A stretch of DNA of 64,000 bases, taken from the human T2T-CHM13v2.0 reference genome, Homo sapiens. This document shows, one piece after another, positions 61,948 through 64,000 of the stretch (within the stretch, counting starts at the first letter, position 1; every line of letters begins with the position of its first letter). The position numbers and the translations under genes were made by a program. The notes under the pieces are model-generated. The model was not told where the DNA came from. It did no database searches and saw only the letters and a program-made list of their open reading frames with translations. The stretch lies in the NCBI RefSeq assembly GCF_009914755.1, contig NC_060936.1; one strand, given 5' to 3'.

Positions 61948-63465
61948 TAAAATTCTGTTTCTTTCCTCCTTCCCTTCCAGTGTCCACCATATCCTAGCCA
62001 GTGTGCCAGATACTAGGAAACCAATACTGAAAAAAGAGTCAGATGCTATTTTTGCTGAACTTAGCCTTAGTACTGTATAGTGATTGTGCTTCCTACTAGG
62101 CAGGGACCGCGCCTAATTTGTGGATATTACTAATATCATACAGGGCCCATACGCAGTAAATGTTCAATATCTGTCATTTTCTGAAACCTAAGATGTGTCA
62201 GGCGGCTTGACCTGTATTATTTCTAGTTCTTTGAACAATCCCGAACAGTCGATATTATTGTTCCCAATATGAGCTATGGAGCCAGTTTGCCAAATCGGCC
62301 CCTAACTAACTGTGAGACTTTGGACAAGTTGTTAAACCTTCCTGTGTTTCAACCTTCTTATCTGAAGACACACAGTTATAGTACAGCATTGTGAAGTTAA
62401 ATGAACTATACTGTGGCTCATGATAACAATCAGTAAGTGTTAGTCATTATAATGATCATTAATTGTGGCTTTTAGCATAGATGAAGACTGGCAGCGTACC
62501 CAGATCATACAGCTGGTAAAGGGCTAAGTAAAAATTTGAAGCCAAATTGGATTCCAAGCCTCTGCCCTTTACACTAAATACACTGTTTGTTATGTGTGTG
62601 TGTATGTATATATGTGTAATTCCATATTACTCATGCAGTATGTTCCACACAACAAGTAAGTACTATGCAAATGAACTTTCAGGTTCCAAGCTATTTTCAA
62701 ATTGGCAACAGGCAGGTAAGAAAATAAGACATTCTTGTTTTCACCAGTAGATGGCAGAAGGAAGAAAAGACCACTCCGGAGAGGGAAGGAGTTTTAATTT
62801 GGAGCCGAGTGATTCACAGTGGGCTGTGGCTGAGGCACAGGGGCAGATGAGGCAGACTCCTTGTATGACTACAGTGGAGGACAGTCCCACTGGAACTAGG
62901 GGTCAGGGGTCAGGGTGGGGAGGAGAACTACCTACAGGTATGTGAAGGGTGTCAGCCTTCAAGAAGATCTGCTAGGTTGACCCAGAGGATGGGGACTGGG
63001 AGCCCCGAAGTAAAGGCAAGTTCAGATGCACTTAGAAAAAAAGGTCGCGTTCCTCTGTCGTCTCTACTGCGCGGTCCCTGGCTGTGGACCCTCCTCGTCA
63101 ACTTCCAAACACTTGGTTCTTTTCCAAAGCCTGCCTTTCCCTCTGGGATGTTGATGAAGCCACTTGCTTTGTTTGCTCCTTTCCCCACCCCCTACCCCAG
63201 TCTGTAAGTCAGGAATACTCTTTCCCCCGCCTATCCCAATACACGTTGTTTGTGAGCCACCGACCCCCCTCACTGCTTCCCTCTCTCCTCACTGCGTATC
63301 CATCCAGTAGGCTTGGTCCACAGCCTGTGCTCCTGTATCAAATAAGCTTGGTGCTGGGTAACCTGTGAGCTGCTTGTTCGTTCATTTTATCCTAGAGACA
63401 TGTCCTTCAGCCCAAAGTGATGGGGAGTTGTCCTTCTGGGTCCAAAAGAGTAGTAGCAGCAATCA

Positions 63466-64000
<535 letters not shown>

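Noticed and set aside
62547-63368. Cluster of short non-Alu ORFs near the right end
   Set aside because: All under 100 aa, on overlapping frames and both strands, with no recognisable homology or consistent splice structure

Overview
Human-type (primate) genomic DNA, very Alu-dense. I recognise it from its proteins as the APOLD1-DDX47 locus (human 12p13). It holds two complete plus-strand genes. (1) APOLD1 short isoform: TATA promoter at ~11193, an exon 1 whose only coding content is the ATG (11256-11258), and one large exon 2 (CDS 12473-13216, 248 aa in total). Its ~3.8 kb 3' UTR carries an AU-rich cluster and an Alu and ends after AATAAA at 17004. (2) DDX47 DEAD-box helicase: 12 GT-AG exons from 38946 to 55133, summing to 1368 nt = 455 aa + stop. 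It has a CpG-rich ZNF143/ETS/YY1 promoter and a poly(A) signal at 55533. The rest is mostly transposon-derived: about 50 Alus plus L1, L2, MIR, MaLR/ERV LTRs and hAT/Tigger DNA elements. Nearly all other ORFs in the track are Alu or repeat read-through. I found no convincing new biological system. The best leads are a phase-compatible APOLD1 exon1-to-DDX47 exon2 chimera, a compact HRE/Z-DNA/CTCF-like cassette in the APOLD1 3' UTR, and splice-regulatory features around DDX47 exon 8. Several transposon nesting or recombination events can also be reconstructed. Repeat boundaries and subfamily names were assigned by eye and are approximate.
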